NCBI GenBank assembly: GCA_050575255.1
Contig: JBNZDD010013542.1
Coordinates: forward strand, 1,054,369-1,118,368
DNA length: 64,000 bases
Source: Harriotta raleighana
Taxonomy: Eukaryota
Direction: 5' to 3'
A model generated the notes under the pieces. It saw nothing but the letters and a program-made list of their open reading frames with translations. It was not told the DNA's origin and did no database searches. The translations under genes were made by a program, and so were the position numbers. The first letter of the stretch is position 1. The number at the start of each line of letters is the position of its first letter. Below, piece by piece: positions 28,131 to 42,037 of this stretch.

Positions 28131-31100
28131 GGATAATGCAATTCTGCATGCCACAGGTCTAGAAATTCACCATGATGTCCAGCTTGTAAATCCCAGATGT
28201 GCCTCACAGGCAGACAGTTTGGGTGCATTCAGTGCATTATTCGCAAACCGTCTGGAATCGTTATTGTCTAGGCTAATATAAATAACTAATTTATTGAATT
28301 TTGTACCAGGCGTTGATATAAGCAGAAGCTTCTCTGGAGAACAACAACCAATTGAAACTGACTAGGCCATGGTGAAGTATCGCATCTTAATACAACCATA
28401 TGATTGCAGGATTTGGGTTAACTATCATTAATGGCATTTATTTTGGAATTCTGCAACTTTCCATCATAATCTGTTACATCATTTTCTGCTTTTCATAATA
28501 ATTCTTGCACTTAATATAGCACCTTATATCAAATGCAAGGACTCCTCAAATTTAAATGTACAATTGAACAGCTAAGTCTGAAGATTCTTCCATTTTGCCT
28601 ACCACACTCCAAAAAGTCCATTTTGTCTATTTCAATAACATAGGCCCAAGTTCAAAACTGTTCTGCACCTCTTTGTCAAATCATGGAATTAAAAATAATA
28701 CAATATGAAATTACATTTGTATAGTACCATTCAGATTGCATGAACATCCCAGGGTGCTGGATAGTCAGGGACTCAACAGCCTAGTTTAGTAAATGGCTGA
28801 ACATTTGATAAATTGCTGAAGATTGTTTCTCTCTTATGTTTTCCATATTGCATATGTAGCTCCAAACAGGGCATTCGTCCAAACTAGTCTATGAAGGCGT
28901 TTTGCACCACACATAGTCGCCCCCTCTTTCCCCCCTCCCCCTCTCCTCCTCCCGGTCCACACCGCACCACCCCACAACACCACCAAAAATGCTTCCTGTG
29001 GATTGAAGTAAATTTCATCAATCATTTCCCTTTTTTCCTTTCTTTGTCAGAATTCATCTTTGTTATAATTGTGTCACATCTCTGTTTAAAACAATACTAA
29101 CAATATTATTTTTTAATTATTCCCCGCCCTCCCCTCCACTCTTCCCAACCAACCCAAACCCACCCAACCCCTCACTTCAATTGGAAAAAACAATTGGAAG
29201 CAAATTTTATGATGAATGGTTCTGTTTACTTTCACAAATACACTTGCAGTTGGAATTGTAACATTGGAATTGTTTGCTGTCTGGCACCATTAACTGACAA
29301 AACAATACTGTCTGGCATGTTACGAACTATTGCCGTGATCTATCTATCCATCATTTCCATATCAGCGTCTTATCCTCAATATAAAGACATTGAGCACATA
29401 GGCTAAATGAGCTGACAGACCCCCCACCCCCTTCCCACCCACTCACCCTCTCTCCGCCCCCTACACCCCACTACCCCCCCACACACCCCACTCCTAAAAG
29501 GAAATTAACCGACCTTATAATAATGTTTTAATAATATACAGTTAAAAAAGAAAGTTTGGGATCAAATAATTACAATAGTCAGGTAATTACAGGAATACTT
29601 TATTCCACTTTAGATGTTAATATGAATCTATTTGGGTAAGCAGCAAAAGGAGCATTCATCTGTAACAAAGTTCATTAACTAGCAAATATCACCTTTTCAG
29701 AGAGGGCTGTTTATCTCCCAAAGGAACTTTCATCCTTACTTCCATTGGCCATTTTCCATTTTCTGACCATTTAGATCATATCATTATTTATTGTATAATT
29801 GTTTTCATATAAAACAATAGGAATCTGTGGGAGTAGTGTCTTCGGAATGTGTATTTTATTGGCAACTACCAAATAATTTTGCGTGTGCAACCTTCACACA
29901 TACATTCTATCAACGTGCTAAAGCCTACTGCTGGTAACAACATAGAGGTATGATATTCCACGATTACCAACCACAGCACCCTTGGTATGACTTTCATAAG
30001 TAATAAGCCAAAAGGTAAAATATTTAAAGCAGCAACATCTCTTCTGGTGAAGAGATTTATATGTAAACCAGCTATTTCAAATCCTCTTGCACTTGGACTG
30101 AATGACTTCATTACATAGCCAAGAATTGATCCATCAAGCCAATGCTGTTATTTTAGAATCAGTTCAAGTACATAAAAGCTTCAAATACCTATCAATCCGC
30201 TTTTACTTAAAAGTGTATAATTGCCTGAATTGTATTATTTAATAAAGTTTTCTTATTTAACAAAATGTATCTTCATTCCTATCTGTCTGGCTTCCTCATT
30301 TTCTCTTCTTGTCTTTTTCCTCTTTTCTGTATTCTTTCTTCCCTTGCTGCTACTTTGGTATGTTTCTGGCTCTTCCTGCTCTCCTTTCCCCTCTCTTCCT
30401 ATTGCTCCCTCTTATTTTCTCACAGTTGCCAGTAATTACAGATAACCACAATTGCTTTTACACACCAATGTTTTCACCCTCTGACATGCTGTTTATGCAG
30501 AAACATCAATTGGTCAATGTATGGAAGCATTGTTAGAATTATGTAACTTCTTTGAAATAAAATGATTAAATGAACTTTGCATTTGGTGTATTTATAAAGT
30601 CGAAACATCTCTTCACTGATGTCAAGTGTAGTGACTGTGTATTTGTGTCGGTATGCAAGTTTTACATTAAGATTATTGCAATTCATCGGAGTTAGCATGC
30701 ATTTGGGCATAGCCATGTTATTCATAACTAGATTCCCTCAGACTGTTTAATTTGAATCTTATATTCTTCACATTCATTTTACAGTCTGTCCTGCTTTTTC
30801 CTGTCTGTTTTTGGACGCTAAAATTTTGCTTATTTTGATTATGATAGCATGCAATATATTTTTGTCTTCTTACCAATTCATATTCTTTCTATCTCTTTCA
30901 CTCTGTCCATTTATCTCTCCTCTTTGCAATCCTACATTTTCAGCACTACTTATTTCAATTCATTTATTTTTGAAACACTTAGGAGGCATTTATCCAAACA
31001 TCAAAATAAGAAAATGCGAAATAAAATGCCATGTTACACACTTGGATGGTTTTTATTGAATCTTATATCCAGTGGTGTGAAAAATGAATATTTCATCTTC

Positions 31101-32437
31101 TATTTAGTTAATGAGTAAGCAGATAAAGTATTTATCATTGTGCAGTGGAACATTGCCTGAACTCAGTAACATACAGACTTTATTTATTGCATTCATTTGA
31201 CTTGCTGAATACAACCTCGCTTTGTCTTTGGCTATTCACCCTAACACTGTTTACTATGATCTGTATCTCTACTTCAAGTGTTCCATGGAACAATTGGGCC
31301 CCAATCACATTGGACATGGGAATTTCATTTGTGGAATGCAGCTAGTCAGGGGTGAACATTGCAATATTGTTAAATTAATTATGTCGAGTTTCTACTTGAA
31401 CACTGAAAACACGGAATGAGAAAAGACCATCCGACACACAAAGCCTCCTCCTCTCACAAACCACGTGAAATCTGTCCTTTCCTCGAATAGAAGGCCATTG
31501 CCCTCGATTGATGTTCATCATAAACCCTTCCTGCACCCCACTCCCCCCCATCATCCCACCGCCCCACCCTCCCCCACCCCATCCCCAAAGGTTAGAAATG
31601 AAAAACTTCAACATATTCCTGCATTTTCACATAATTATTCGACCCAGTCATCATTCACCACTCGCCTGCCCTGACGAGCTATAGTGTCTCTTGATAAACT
31701 TTGGTGGCTTCAGACAAATGCTGCGCTCCCTCGGGAAGTAAATAGATTGCAAGGACTCTGTGACGGTATAAATTATGTATCACCCACTGCAATGAATGGA
31801 CTGATCGATGGCGTTCCCTCATTCCACGGATCTGCTTTCAGTCACATTCTTTCCAGCTGGTTTTGATATCTTATTTGATAATATGCTTTTCGGGTTGAAT
31901 TTAAATTAATATCACTTTTATTTATATTTTTTAAAAAGCCTCCTTAAATGATGTAGAGAAATCAATGCGGGTATACAATTTCGATTCAGCTGTAAATTTA
32001 GATCCACATCAGTTTTAGCTGATCTGTATCGGAACCCCAAATTGAGTTTGCAGTGGAACCCCCCCACCACTCCTTGATTATTTTGCTAAACGTACATTGT
32101 ATATATGGTTATATGCTCTTTCATTTAGCTCTAAATGCACTGGTGGTGGGGGTGGGGGATAATTCGGAGGGGCGAGGAGGGTGCTTTTCTAAAACCCAGG
32201 ATGTATTGAAATCAGTAGTGACATAAATGACGAATATGAAAAAAAAAAAAAAATGTAAAGATTTGCCTTGGTGCTGTTTCTGTAACCATATCATAAAGTC
32301 TCACAGTACTTTACACTCAATTTCTACCTGGTGTAGTGACTATGTTTGTGGGAAAACATGACACCGATTTACATTAGGCACAAGGCCTATTTATCTGGAG
32401 GATTATTGGTCAAGAAACTGGGAGAAAATATCTTTCA

Positions 32438-32778
32438 TAGTCCTGTAGCTCAGTGGTCAGAGAACTCGCCTTACAAGCGAGAAACCTCGGTTCGAGTCCA
32501 GGCAAAGGAAAAGCTTGGGGAAGTTTTTTTACTTCTCGTGCCTCACAATAATCCCTCAAAAAAAATTATATTAAAAAATTTGTCAATTCTGTTTGTGGGA
32601 TACTGCTGTGTGCAATTGGCTACTGCGTTTTCCCACAAATATACGGTCAATTCACTTTATAGTATGTTCTGTGAAGCACTTTTAGATGTCTAGAAGACAT
32701 GAACAGCACTATATCAAATCCAAGGATTGTTATTATGATGATTATTGTTATTACTATTATTATTGTTATTGTTATTAT
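32438..32778 (+). mobile_element. tRNA-derived SINE, full length with expanded (ATT)n tail
   Basis: AGTCCTGTAGCTCAGTGGTCAGAG...GGTTCGAGTCC head, family body, TTA-repeat tail. Confidence 0.85.
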
Positions 32779-35009
32779 AGTGTCTTTACATCTATAAAAT
32801 CTATCTGAATAGACAGGCTAGATCTTGATTCAGTGTCTCACCCAAAAGAAACATTATAATAATCATTATTATCATCATTCTTACATTTGACGTCTTCTAG
32901 ACATCTCAAAATTAATAAACTATTTTAAGTAAGAGAACATATGCCATAAAATTCCAAATTTTAGCAGGATAACGTGAATATTCTGAAGCATCAAAACAAA
33001 TAAAATAAACTACATGTAATTCGACAGAAGATTGTGTCTGGATAAACTTTCCAGAAGAAACTGGTAGAATCATAGAACAGAAGTAGATCATTCAGCCCAT
33101 CATGTCTGTACTCTCTGAAAGACCAAACTGTCTCAAACCTTTTGTATTTTTTCTATTGTTTGTCCAATTCTCATTCAAACTGGAATTGTTATCGTCGTGC
33201 CCTTTGCTTTTGTTAAGAAATCAATGGGAATATTTTAAAATGTTGATAAGAACAATAACAACAACAAAATTACATTTTTATAACGCATTTCAGTCTGGAG
33301 GAAGTCCCAAGCCGCTGGCCTTCAACATAAGAACATTTGACATATTGCGCCACTTTCCTCCTAATTTTGGCAACTCTCCTTTTTTTTAAAATAAAAAATG
33401 CTACTTTCTAGATCTCTGGCAATATACTCTGATATCCAATTTCCTTTTCAACAATACCATTGACTCAGCCTCCATAACCACTCGTGATGAAGAACTCCAA
33501 TTCTCCGAGTCAAGGCATTCTTTTTAATTTCTCCCCCATATATCCTGCTAACAATCGAGCAAATGATTCTCTTATTCTTTCTCATCGATTCCACAAGTAA
33601 AGAAAATATTGTGACCTTATCTTTCTTGTCATTCACTTCAGCATATTGAACACCACGAATATATTATTCAATCTCCTCTACTGCTTATTTTACATAATTT
33701 GGAGCAATGATGGTGGGGAAAATATATAATTTTATATGACATAGCAATAATTAATCAACTCGTATTTTTCAGCTGCTGGGATACTCAATGGTATTGTTCT
33801 AATTCAAATGCCACAGCTGAACTGTTAAACCTATTTTCTCTGCTTTTTGTTGTTTCACCTGCTATGGTATTTCTTCAGCAGTTACGTTTTGCGTTTCTTT
33901 GTAAATTTCCATTTATTGAAAGGTTTTCCCAATTGAAACCATACCTGAGCCATTATAATCAATTCATTTGATATGGATAATATCTCCAGTACTATCTCTA
34001 ATTCATTGCTGGCTTTCTTGTTGGTGAATTTAGTGGTCTATTTATTGTAGAAAGATCTGTAAGGATGTTATGTATTACTATTCATATCTCAATCTTCATT
34101 CTTATGACACTTGTGAGTAAATATGCATCTGAACCTTTCGTTATATCTTCAAGGAAATATGCCATTCTATATATTAACTTGATGTAGCGATTAGACTTTT
34201 TTTTAACGATTCTACGAATGAATAATTAATGTTCAGACGAAAGTTAAATGAACTATTTAAATCTTCTATGACATACCAAAATTGGATTAAAGTCTGCCTC
34301 GGATGTGCAAATTCAGACCCTCTCTTGTAATTGACCGGGGTATCATTTGCAAGACGCGTTGAATGCTTACCACGTTGCACTTTTGTAAATTTGGATCCCT
34401 TCAAATTAACACTGTTTTTATTCTCTTGTTTTGTTAAAGCAACGTCAAATTTACACAGGTATTTTTTTCACAAAAATACTGCACACAGAATACATGTCAT
34501 GATTGAGGGGATGTTAGCGTCTTGGAGCACCAGCCTATGCTGGGAGGGAATGATTGGGCACAGCTAAAGTCCCCTCTGTCTCCGGCAAACTGCTTGTTAA
34601 AAGCTTGGTGCCTCCAAACCGCAGCGGGAGGGGAGAGAAAAATTCAATAAAATGTCAAAAACCAACTATACCCACTTCCTGGGTTAGGGGGGTACTCGCC
34701 TTCGCTTTAATCCTCAGGAGACTAGTAACCTAATCAGAACTCCAAGAAGAGGGGCGGGGAGGGGGGGACTGAGAAATTGAGCAAATCATATCCTCATATG
34801 AACTAAACTATATTGGAAGCTTCGGCATGATATGATCAATATCTCCACAAGTGGCGCTGACTCCATAACTCAGGAGAGAAAATTGAGTTCGTGTCAGACA
34901 ATTATTACTACAAGCCCGGATAGCCACTGATTGTATCATATTTGCGGAGAGAGAAAGGGGGTGAGAGTTTGTAGAGTATCATTTTAACGCAGAAATTTGT
35001 TTTCCTGCG

Positions 35010-35180
35010 GAAATATGATTTATATTGTATTTAATTCACATCACTGCCGCCGCTTCGTGTTGCCCGCAAATATACAATCAACTCACTTTACAGTATATTA
35101 TGCGAAGCGCTTTGATACGTCTAGAAGATGTGAAAAGCACTATATTAATTGCAATGATTATTACAATAATTATCATTATC
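35010..35180 (+). mobile_element. SINE 3' fragment
   Basis: CACTTTACAGTATATT...AAGCGCTTTGA...TGAAAAGCACTATAT tail. Confidence 0.7.
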
Positions 35181-35295
35181 ACTGATATTGAATGAAAAAG
35201 CTCAAATCTACAAGACCTAAATGCGACTCTTTCAATTCCTGTCAGTTTCTATCAGCTCGGTGTTTTGTCAAATTAGTTGTAATAATCGATGATAA

Positions 35296-35604
35296 ATATT
35301 AATCCTTTCATTTGATATAGCGCTTTTCACGTCTTCCAGACGTCTCAAAGGGGTTTACAGAATATACAGTAGAGTGAATTGACTGTGTATTTGTGGACGA
35401 AAATGCGATAACCAATTGCGCACGGCAGTGTCCCATAAACAGTCCTGGATTCAAATGATCAATTTATTATCGTTTTTTGGGGACGGATTATTAATAGGCA
35501 TGTGGAGTAAGGAAACTTTCCCAAGGTTTCGCCCTGCCTGGATTCGAAACACAGGTCTCACGCTTGTAAACCGAGTGCTCTAACCACTGAGCCACAGGTC
35601 TCCA
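35296..35604 (-). mobile_element. tRNA-derived SINE, full length
   Basis: Reverse head GGAGACCTGTGGCTCAGTGGTTAGAGCACTCGG...TTCGAATCCAGG with body and tail. Confidence 0.85.
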
Positions 35605-37046
35605 CGTAAGAATCTAAACATTTGAGATATATTGTAATAATAAGGAAAAATAAAGAATAAATCTCGTGGGAAACTCGCTTTAATTGTATGTGATGTGGTC
35701 CGAGTCTAGATCACGTTTTAGGAAGTTTTAATTATTTTCACAAGACTGAGTCGCACCCGGGAAGCATCCATTTTCACCACACACAAAAACAACAACCTCC
35801 AGAATCACAAAACACGCATCTAAAATATCCAAGAGAGTTATCTGTTTAACTAATCAGGAAATTATAGATAGTTTAAAAAGGTAGACCGCAATAAATAATT
35901 GAAAATAATATTTGATGGTATTAAGGATTATTATATTTAAATTAAATTGAACTGCGTCTGATTACTTTTCTGCCATTTTATAGGAACTGAATATATCACT
36001 ACGTTTCTTGCCGTTTTCAAATTTGCGATGATTCACTTCATTTATTAAGCGTACATTTATTTACTTATGAAGAGTAAATTTCCAACACCCGGCAGATATT
36101 TACCAAATGATGCAGTTTTCATCTGCCTCACAGAGAGAGGGAGAGATGGGGGGGAGGAGGGGCGGGGGGGTGGGGGGGTCAATTCTGCTTCCAGTTATGG
36201 TGGAACAGATGGTTTAAAGAGAAAGTTATTCATTCTTTTGACATGCTCACCATGCAATGTCTGTGTGAACTGTCTGTTTCGTCATCGATTAGCATACTTT
36301 GATCGTGAGTCACTGATTTGACCGAAATTATTTAACATTATCCAGCTATGTATGGACAGTACAAACTGCACCGATCATAAGCGTGACTGTATAGCGGCCT
36401 CAATAAATACATGATGTTACGCGTCAAATGGTGAAACGGCTGCTTTATACAAGCTTTCTGTCGGTCAGGCGTGAAGGGCGCTAAATAAATGCAAGTTGCT
36501 GTTGTTGTCAGCAAGTCTGTCTGTCTTTGTGTCTGCCTATTTATCTGTCTGTCTCTCTGGCAGTTAAAAAGAAAAGGTGAAATGTTAAAAGCTGAATATC
36601 TGAAATATTGAGAATACACAATATATCCAGCAATAAACATTCATCAGAATTAATGCTGCCCTATCTGTTTGACAAACAGATCTATTTATATATTTTTTAC
36701 GTGTAGGTTAAAACCGTGGGATCAGAATTCACCAACTTTAGGCAAAAAAAGAGAACAGTCCCCGAGTTGAGACCATTCGGTCATCCTAACAGCTGTTTAT
36801 TTATCTATATACTAACAAGAAATTCAATTTAAAATAACTAGATGTTAATCTTTCATTGCTTGTTTCGATCCATAGTCTCCATATTACAGATGTGTATTAC
36901 CACTTTTCGAAGTAATCATTCATAGATGGTATTCACTGTTAGTTTGTTATACGCAATTTTGCGGCTCAAATCATTTCATAAGTGTTGTACCTCTGTACGA
37001 TTTTTCCAACACCAAGTGTTTCAGAGAAAACTCACCGATATTTTCT

Positions 37047-37241
37047 GCGCTTTTTGAATTTGGTTAAAGTATGGAACATATTTTTAACGGAACAAATGAT
37101 GTTTCTGATTCCGCGACCTAGTGGATTTCAATAAATTCTTGAATTGCTGGTTTTCCACATTTCAGTGATCGGTGAGGTGTAGGGTGCATGGGTAACGTTT
37201 GAAACTTAGGTTTTATGTGTTTTCTGCTTTGCACCCTTTAA
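37047..37241 (-). pseudogene. Decayed Hox12-type homeobox (putative HoxB12 pseudogene, exon 2)
   Basis: PYT-SP-ITE (37184), VENQ, EFI, then VKNMFHTLTKFKKR (37088-37047) versus Hox12 PYTKQQIAELENE...EFI...VKIWFQNRRMKKKR. KKR is at the exact offset. Candidate acceptor ttaatccag ends at 37242. Confidence 0.5.
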
Positions 37242-38710
37242 CTGGATTAATAGAAACAGTCTGAAGGTTTGTTCAATAAAGAGTATGAAGGCACGATTAT
37301 CCTGTTCCCTGAAACTGCTTTGATCCTCAAAAAGTTGTTCAGAAGCTTCACTGCTCTATATTTAGCGATTCAGATCGAATAACTGGAAGTATTTTCCTTT
37401 TTATAAACTCCCACTTCGCTGAATCTCAATCAGTAGTAAGAGGTCATCGTTAACTGGATAACAGCGACTTATATCTTGGAAATCAGATCAGAGTGACAAG
37501 CTTTCCGGGTGTAATAATTTTAGTTAGAACTACAAAGAATCTTGACTGTTTATTTTGAAACATACTGCATGAGGATGTATCCACAATAAAATGACGTTCG
37601 CATGAGGACATCGACATTTACGTTACATTTATCGTCGAGAAATACACAATAATAATACGCAATACATAGCAAGACATAAACTAATGAGTATTAGAAGAGT
37701 CCAATATGAGTTCAATATCAATAATCTTCACTGTATACCTTCCAAAAAAAATCCAAGCACAGTTATCCCGAAGTGAAAATGAGCAGACATTGAGGACATT
37801 TGCACCAAATGTTCCAGTTTTTGATTAAAATCAAATGGATAGTGGTAGCCATTCGTCTACAGTGACTATGTAACTGCAATAAAATCATTTGCTTATTACT
37901 TTTTCAATCACTCTACATGTTCCAATCAATCAACCGCTCAACAGAGATCTTCAATTGGAATGCTTAGAGCACGCAGCAAAGCCTATCCAGTAAAATGTGC
38001 TTTCACAATCGATCATTCTTATTTATTTTTAGGGTATATCTTTTTTAACATCAATTTCAAGGGAATCGTGATTTTTCGACAGTAGAATTCCAAATATTCA
38101 AATGAAACTCTAGGATATATGAAATAAGGCGCCACCAGACATAGTTGGGTTGTTACATACAAAACGCGAAGTCATATTACAGAAAACATACCGTGGAAAG
38201 ATTTTGTGGATTTTTTTTACATAGAAAAAGGCTAAAACATTTGAAAATACATCAAATCAATTTTTCAAAATTACGATTTCTCTGCATTAGATTTGTAGCT
38301 ACCGGAATATATCTGAATGACTTAAGGAAACCCTTTTCAAAAGCAGAAACTGGTCACCTCGTTCCCCACTCATTTTGCGTACAAATTTTTTTATTGACGC
38401 ACAATAGATTTCGTAACATTTATCCCAATCAAAATACAAGAGGAAAAGACAAGCAACCCGTTCGCTTTTACTTCCTGTTGAGCATATACTAGTCACTTAA
38501 TTGCAAATGGCTGTAAATGAATCGTATACTGACCTTTTTGTTCCAAAGAAAGAACAAAGTCTTTCAAACCTGGCCTGTTCTTTATTCATTCAAATATCTC
38601 AAGTTATGACCTTAATAGTCGGGGGTTAGTTTGTTCCCCCTTCATTAACTCCAGAATTTATCTTGAATCGGGCATCTTATCACCCCATCGCTTTGGCGGT
38701 GAGCACTTAC

Positions 38711-39140
38711 TGGATTAGGCATGGGACTTTATGTTCTCTTAAAGGCTAGACTGTTGTCGAGGGCCGCGGCTCTCCGGCTGATTGTTGACATTGTGCGTTT
38801 CAAGTTCAACGTCAAGGTCAGGCCAGACACAAAGGAAGGAATGAGCAGCACGAACTGCAACCGGTAAACGTTTGCCTTCGTCGAAAATCGATTTGAGTTT
38901 AATTTCACGACTGGCAATAACCGAAAGGAATTGAAATTTGGATCTTTCGTGGTTTATCTTTTTTTTCCTCTTTCATTCATCAACTGTGGTTTGCCTGTAG
39001 AAATAAAAAAGAACACACGCACACAGATAGACAGACACGAAATCAATGTTGACCTTTGGCGCAATAGAGTTCGATTGAACAGTCTCACAAAAGAAAAACG
39101 AATTTGTGTCCAGGATTAAAATTAATCCCGTTAAATATGT
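38711..39140 (-). pseudogene. Putative HoxB12 pseudogene, exon 1 remnant
   Basis: 39140-39090 TYLTGLILILDTNSFFF aligns ungapped with the HoxD12 N-terminus GYVGSLLNLQSPDSFYF. LTLTLNLK near 38800 resembles the LNLN motif near the end of HoxD12 exon 1. Donor CCA|GTAAGT at 38710. Confidence 0.45.
38800..38820 (+). promoter_or_regulatory. Triple-half-site DR0 element
   Basis: TCAAGTTCAACGTCAAGGTCA. Confidence 0.5.
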
Positions 39141-41276
39141 GTTAATCGCCTAAAATGAGTGTAGTTTCTTTAATGTTTTAATAGAATACAGACACCTTAA
39201 ATGGGCAAATGCACAGGGCTATTCGGTTGGTTATTAGCCATCATGTGACGGCTCGAAAGCTTTGAAGTTCGTGGTATAATTTTAACTTCTGCCTCTTCAC
39301 ACGTCGGTTAAAGGCAAATTAAAACATGAAACATTTAATTGCATCCGCTGAAATCGAAGCTGAGCACTAACACGAGAAATACGTGTTAAACATGCGACGG
39401 TTTACCACATGACTGTATTTTAAGTACTGCTAAATAATAATTACGCTTTCAAACGCCGAATGACGTATGCATTTTGAAAGATTGTGACTCTTTGTCGTGA
39501 ATTTTAAACATTTAAAAAAATATATCTAGAAGATTCAGAAAAATATCAATCATAATGAATATTAACAGATTAACCAGATAGGTTTATATCCTGATGCCTC
39601 GATTGAATGAGTTCATTATTATCGTATCTTATGTACACACATACACACACACAATTTTTTTTCGAGCTTCCTGAAAGATGGCTTACTGAATTCCTTATGG
39701 GAGTGTAACGAATCTCACCGACTGTCATTACTGACAGAACCAAGGAACAAAACAGTGAAGAAAATAGTGGATTAAAAAATTGTATCTCAATTGTGTATTA
39801 ATCTGGAAATTAAATTTCCAACCTGATTGCAGCCGGGTGCTCATGTGTCTTCGTCAAACGGGGACTTTGGTGACTTTTTGCATCTAAGATGGTTTGGCTA
39901 GTTATTTCTTCCATCACGAGTGTTTTCATGTGTGTACAGTATAGCAAAATGCACGCATGTTCAAATATTCAACAGGCTTGCGCGTTTATGTTAGCCAATA
40001 ATGGATGGAGCTCCAGGCAACAACAACAAAAAAACACATTTTAAAACCAAGGTGGGGAATTGTAAGTATTTATGAGATTGCAATATATTCAGTTATACAC
40101 CTTACTTGAAAAACGTGGGAAGTATGCATATTCTTACAGTACTAAGATTAGTGCTACTTATGAAACAGCTGTGCAATTAGTACACAGCCATACTACACAA
40201 CGATTATCGCAATGAAAATTCGTGATACATATTCTCATCAAACAAAATGGTTTTGAAACCGTCTTTACGAGAAATAGTCATTTCAGGGGTTTCCAAGCAT
40301 TTTCTACTGCAAGAATGGCTTAATGTTAAGGCTAAATGTTCATCGACCTGGAAGTATTGGTATTAGATCACAATCGATTTCTATCACTCTAGTAACAATC
40401 TTTTTTGTAGGTTTACTGACAACTGAAACAAGCAAAATAATGGAATACAAATAATGGGATACAAATTGAGAAACATGCAGATTGATTTCAGCTCTTGGGC
40501 TGTGCTCTGCACACATAATGATCTGACCATTAGTCTTGCCAGTCAGTGATGGGTCAGACAATCTTGCTCTATATTTATATACAACATATTTTGTCCCTTC
40601 CGACTAAATACGCAGTACAGAATTTAATCAATTCAGAACCACGCGTTGGACATAAGGATATTCTTTAAGGAACGTTGAAAGCATATGATTGTGAATATCT
40701 TCATGTCTTTAACAATTCTTGATATTTCTTACCACTGTCCTGAAATTAATTCTGACATTAGTAACATCTACGGAAAGATTTTAATGATCTAATTATGTCT
40801 ATTTTTCTTCCCCCTGAAATCATTGATGAATTTCAAATGTTTGTATTATATATAGACAATAGTTTATTATTCTATTATATTGAGAAGGTTATCACTTATT
40901 TCCTCAGTTTAAGCATTGTAAATAATCAAGCTCTATTGAAACTCCACCCCATTTTTTTAGAAAGTGAGGGACTTTTACCAATTTTGTCACGTACCGTGGT
41001 TCCTAAGGCAATGGTAACCAAGTAACTCGTAAAGGCAAACAATTCAATGGTTACCTAATGGTCATTTTGCTTCCATCTTGATCGTCACTCTTTACAGAAA
41101 TTCTCGCTTTTTCTTTAGACAAAGACTGGTCCTGGAAAAACCAACAATGTGGTACTGAGCGACATAACAGAAGATGGCGCACTTGGCCTGTACATGTCAG
41201 CAGTTCCAAGAAAGACCCTGTGATTATTCATAAACTGCGAGAAGTCAAGGTCGCTGGCGAGCCCACACGTGACCGC

Positions 41277-41290
41277 CAAGGTCAAGGTCA
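41277..41290 (+). promoter_or_regulatory. Perfect DR0 nuclear-receptor element (NR6A1/GCNF-type) next to an E-box
   Basis: CAAGGTCAAGGTCA; CACGTGAC at 41266-41273; AAGTCAAGGTCG at ~41242; Abd-B-type TTCATAAA at ~41227. Confidence 0.55.
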
Positions 41291-42022
41291 AAGGCTTATC
41301 AGCGCCCTTAGATCTCGGCAATTTAAACTCTAACCTCTCACGCCATCACCCCTTGACCCATATACAAGGCCGGAGCAGGCCTCCACCAATACAAACGATA
41401 CACAAGTATATTCACATTCATTCCTTCACTGCTCTCCACCCTCTACACACACACACACACAGTCGCATCAATGTGCACGTAAACACCAGCACACATTTTA
41501 CAGTGTACCTTCTAAATCCCAGTTTGCTCGTGTGCCTTGATAATGGCACAGACTCCAAGCTACAGTGAAGCGGCCTCCACGAAGGGAAATCACTCCTCCT
41601 TTTATTTTAGTTTCCAATTTCATTGATTCTTATCCATCGATTGTTAGCATCAATAAGCTGCCATATCCCTCCCTCACTTGTTTGGTGCCTGGCGGATTGT
41701 ATTAAAATACTGCCCCGGGGGTGGGAGTGGGGAGGGGGGGGGGAGGTGGGTTGAGGGGTTGTTTGCCGTCGACTATTTATTGGTCTTCAATTGTATAAAC
41801 CAGACGCTATTAGAGGTGTGAAGTCCAGGCGGATTTAGCTCATGTTTTGCCTGTGTTTAGCTCTGTAATGATTGTTCCCAAGCTTATATTAAATCACTTC
41901 CCTTTTTTTTCTCAATCTACAAAGAAGAAAAACGCGACTGTTCAGTGCCCGCGCAACACGTTATTTTTCGCATAGTTTTGTTTTACTCTCGGAATCTTTT
42001 TGTTGTTGTTGAAAGCACACAG

Positions 42023-42037
42023 TTTATTCAATTTATT
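42023..42037 (-). terminator. Probable HoxB13 polyadenylation signals (two AATAAA), implying about 1 kb of 3'UTR
   Basis: Plus-strand TTTATT at 42023-42028 and 42032-42037, followed on the minus strand by GT/T-rich sequence. Confidence 0.6.

Noticed and set aside
32438-32510. tRNA-like sequence with A/B boxes and a TAC anticodon-like loop
   Set aside because: It continues into the SINE body and recurs in divergent copies; a SINE head, not a tRNA gene.
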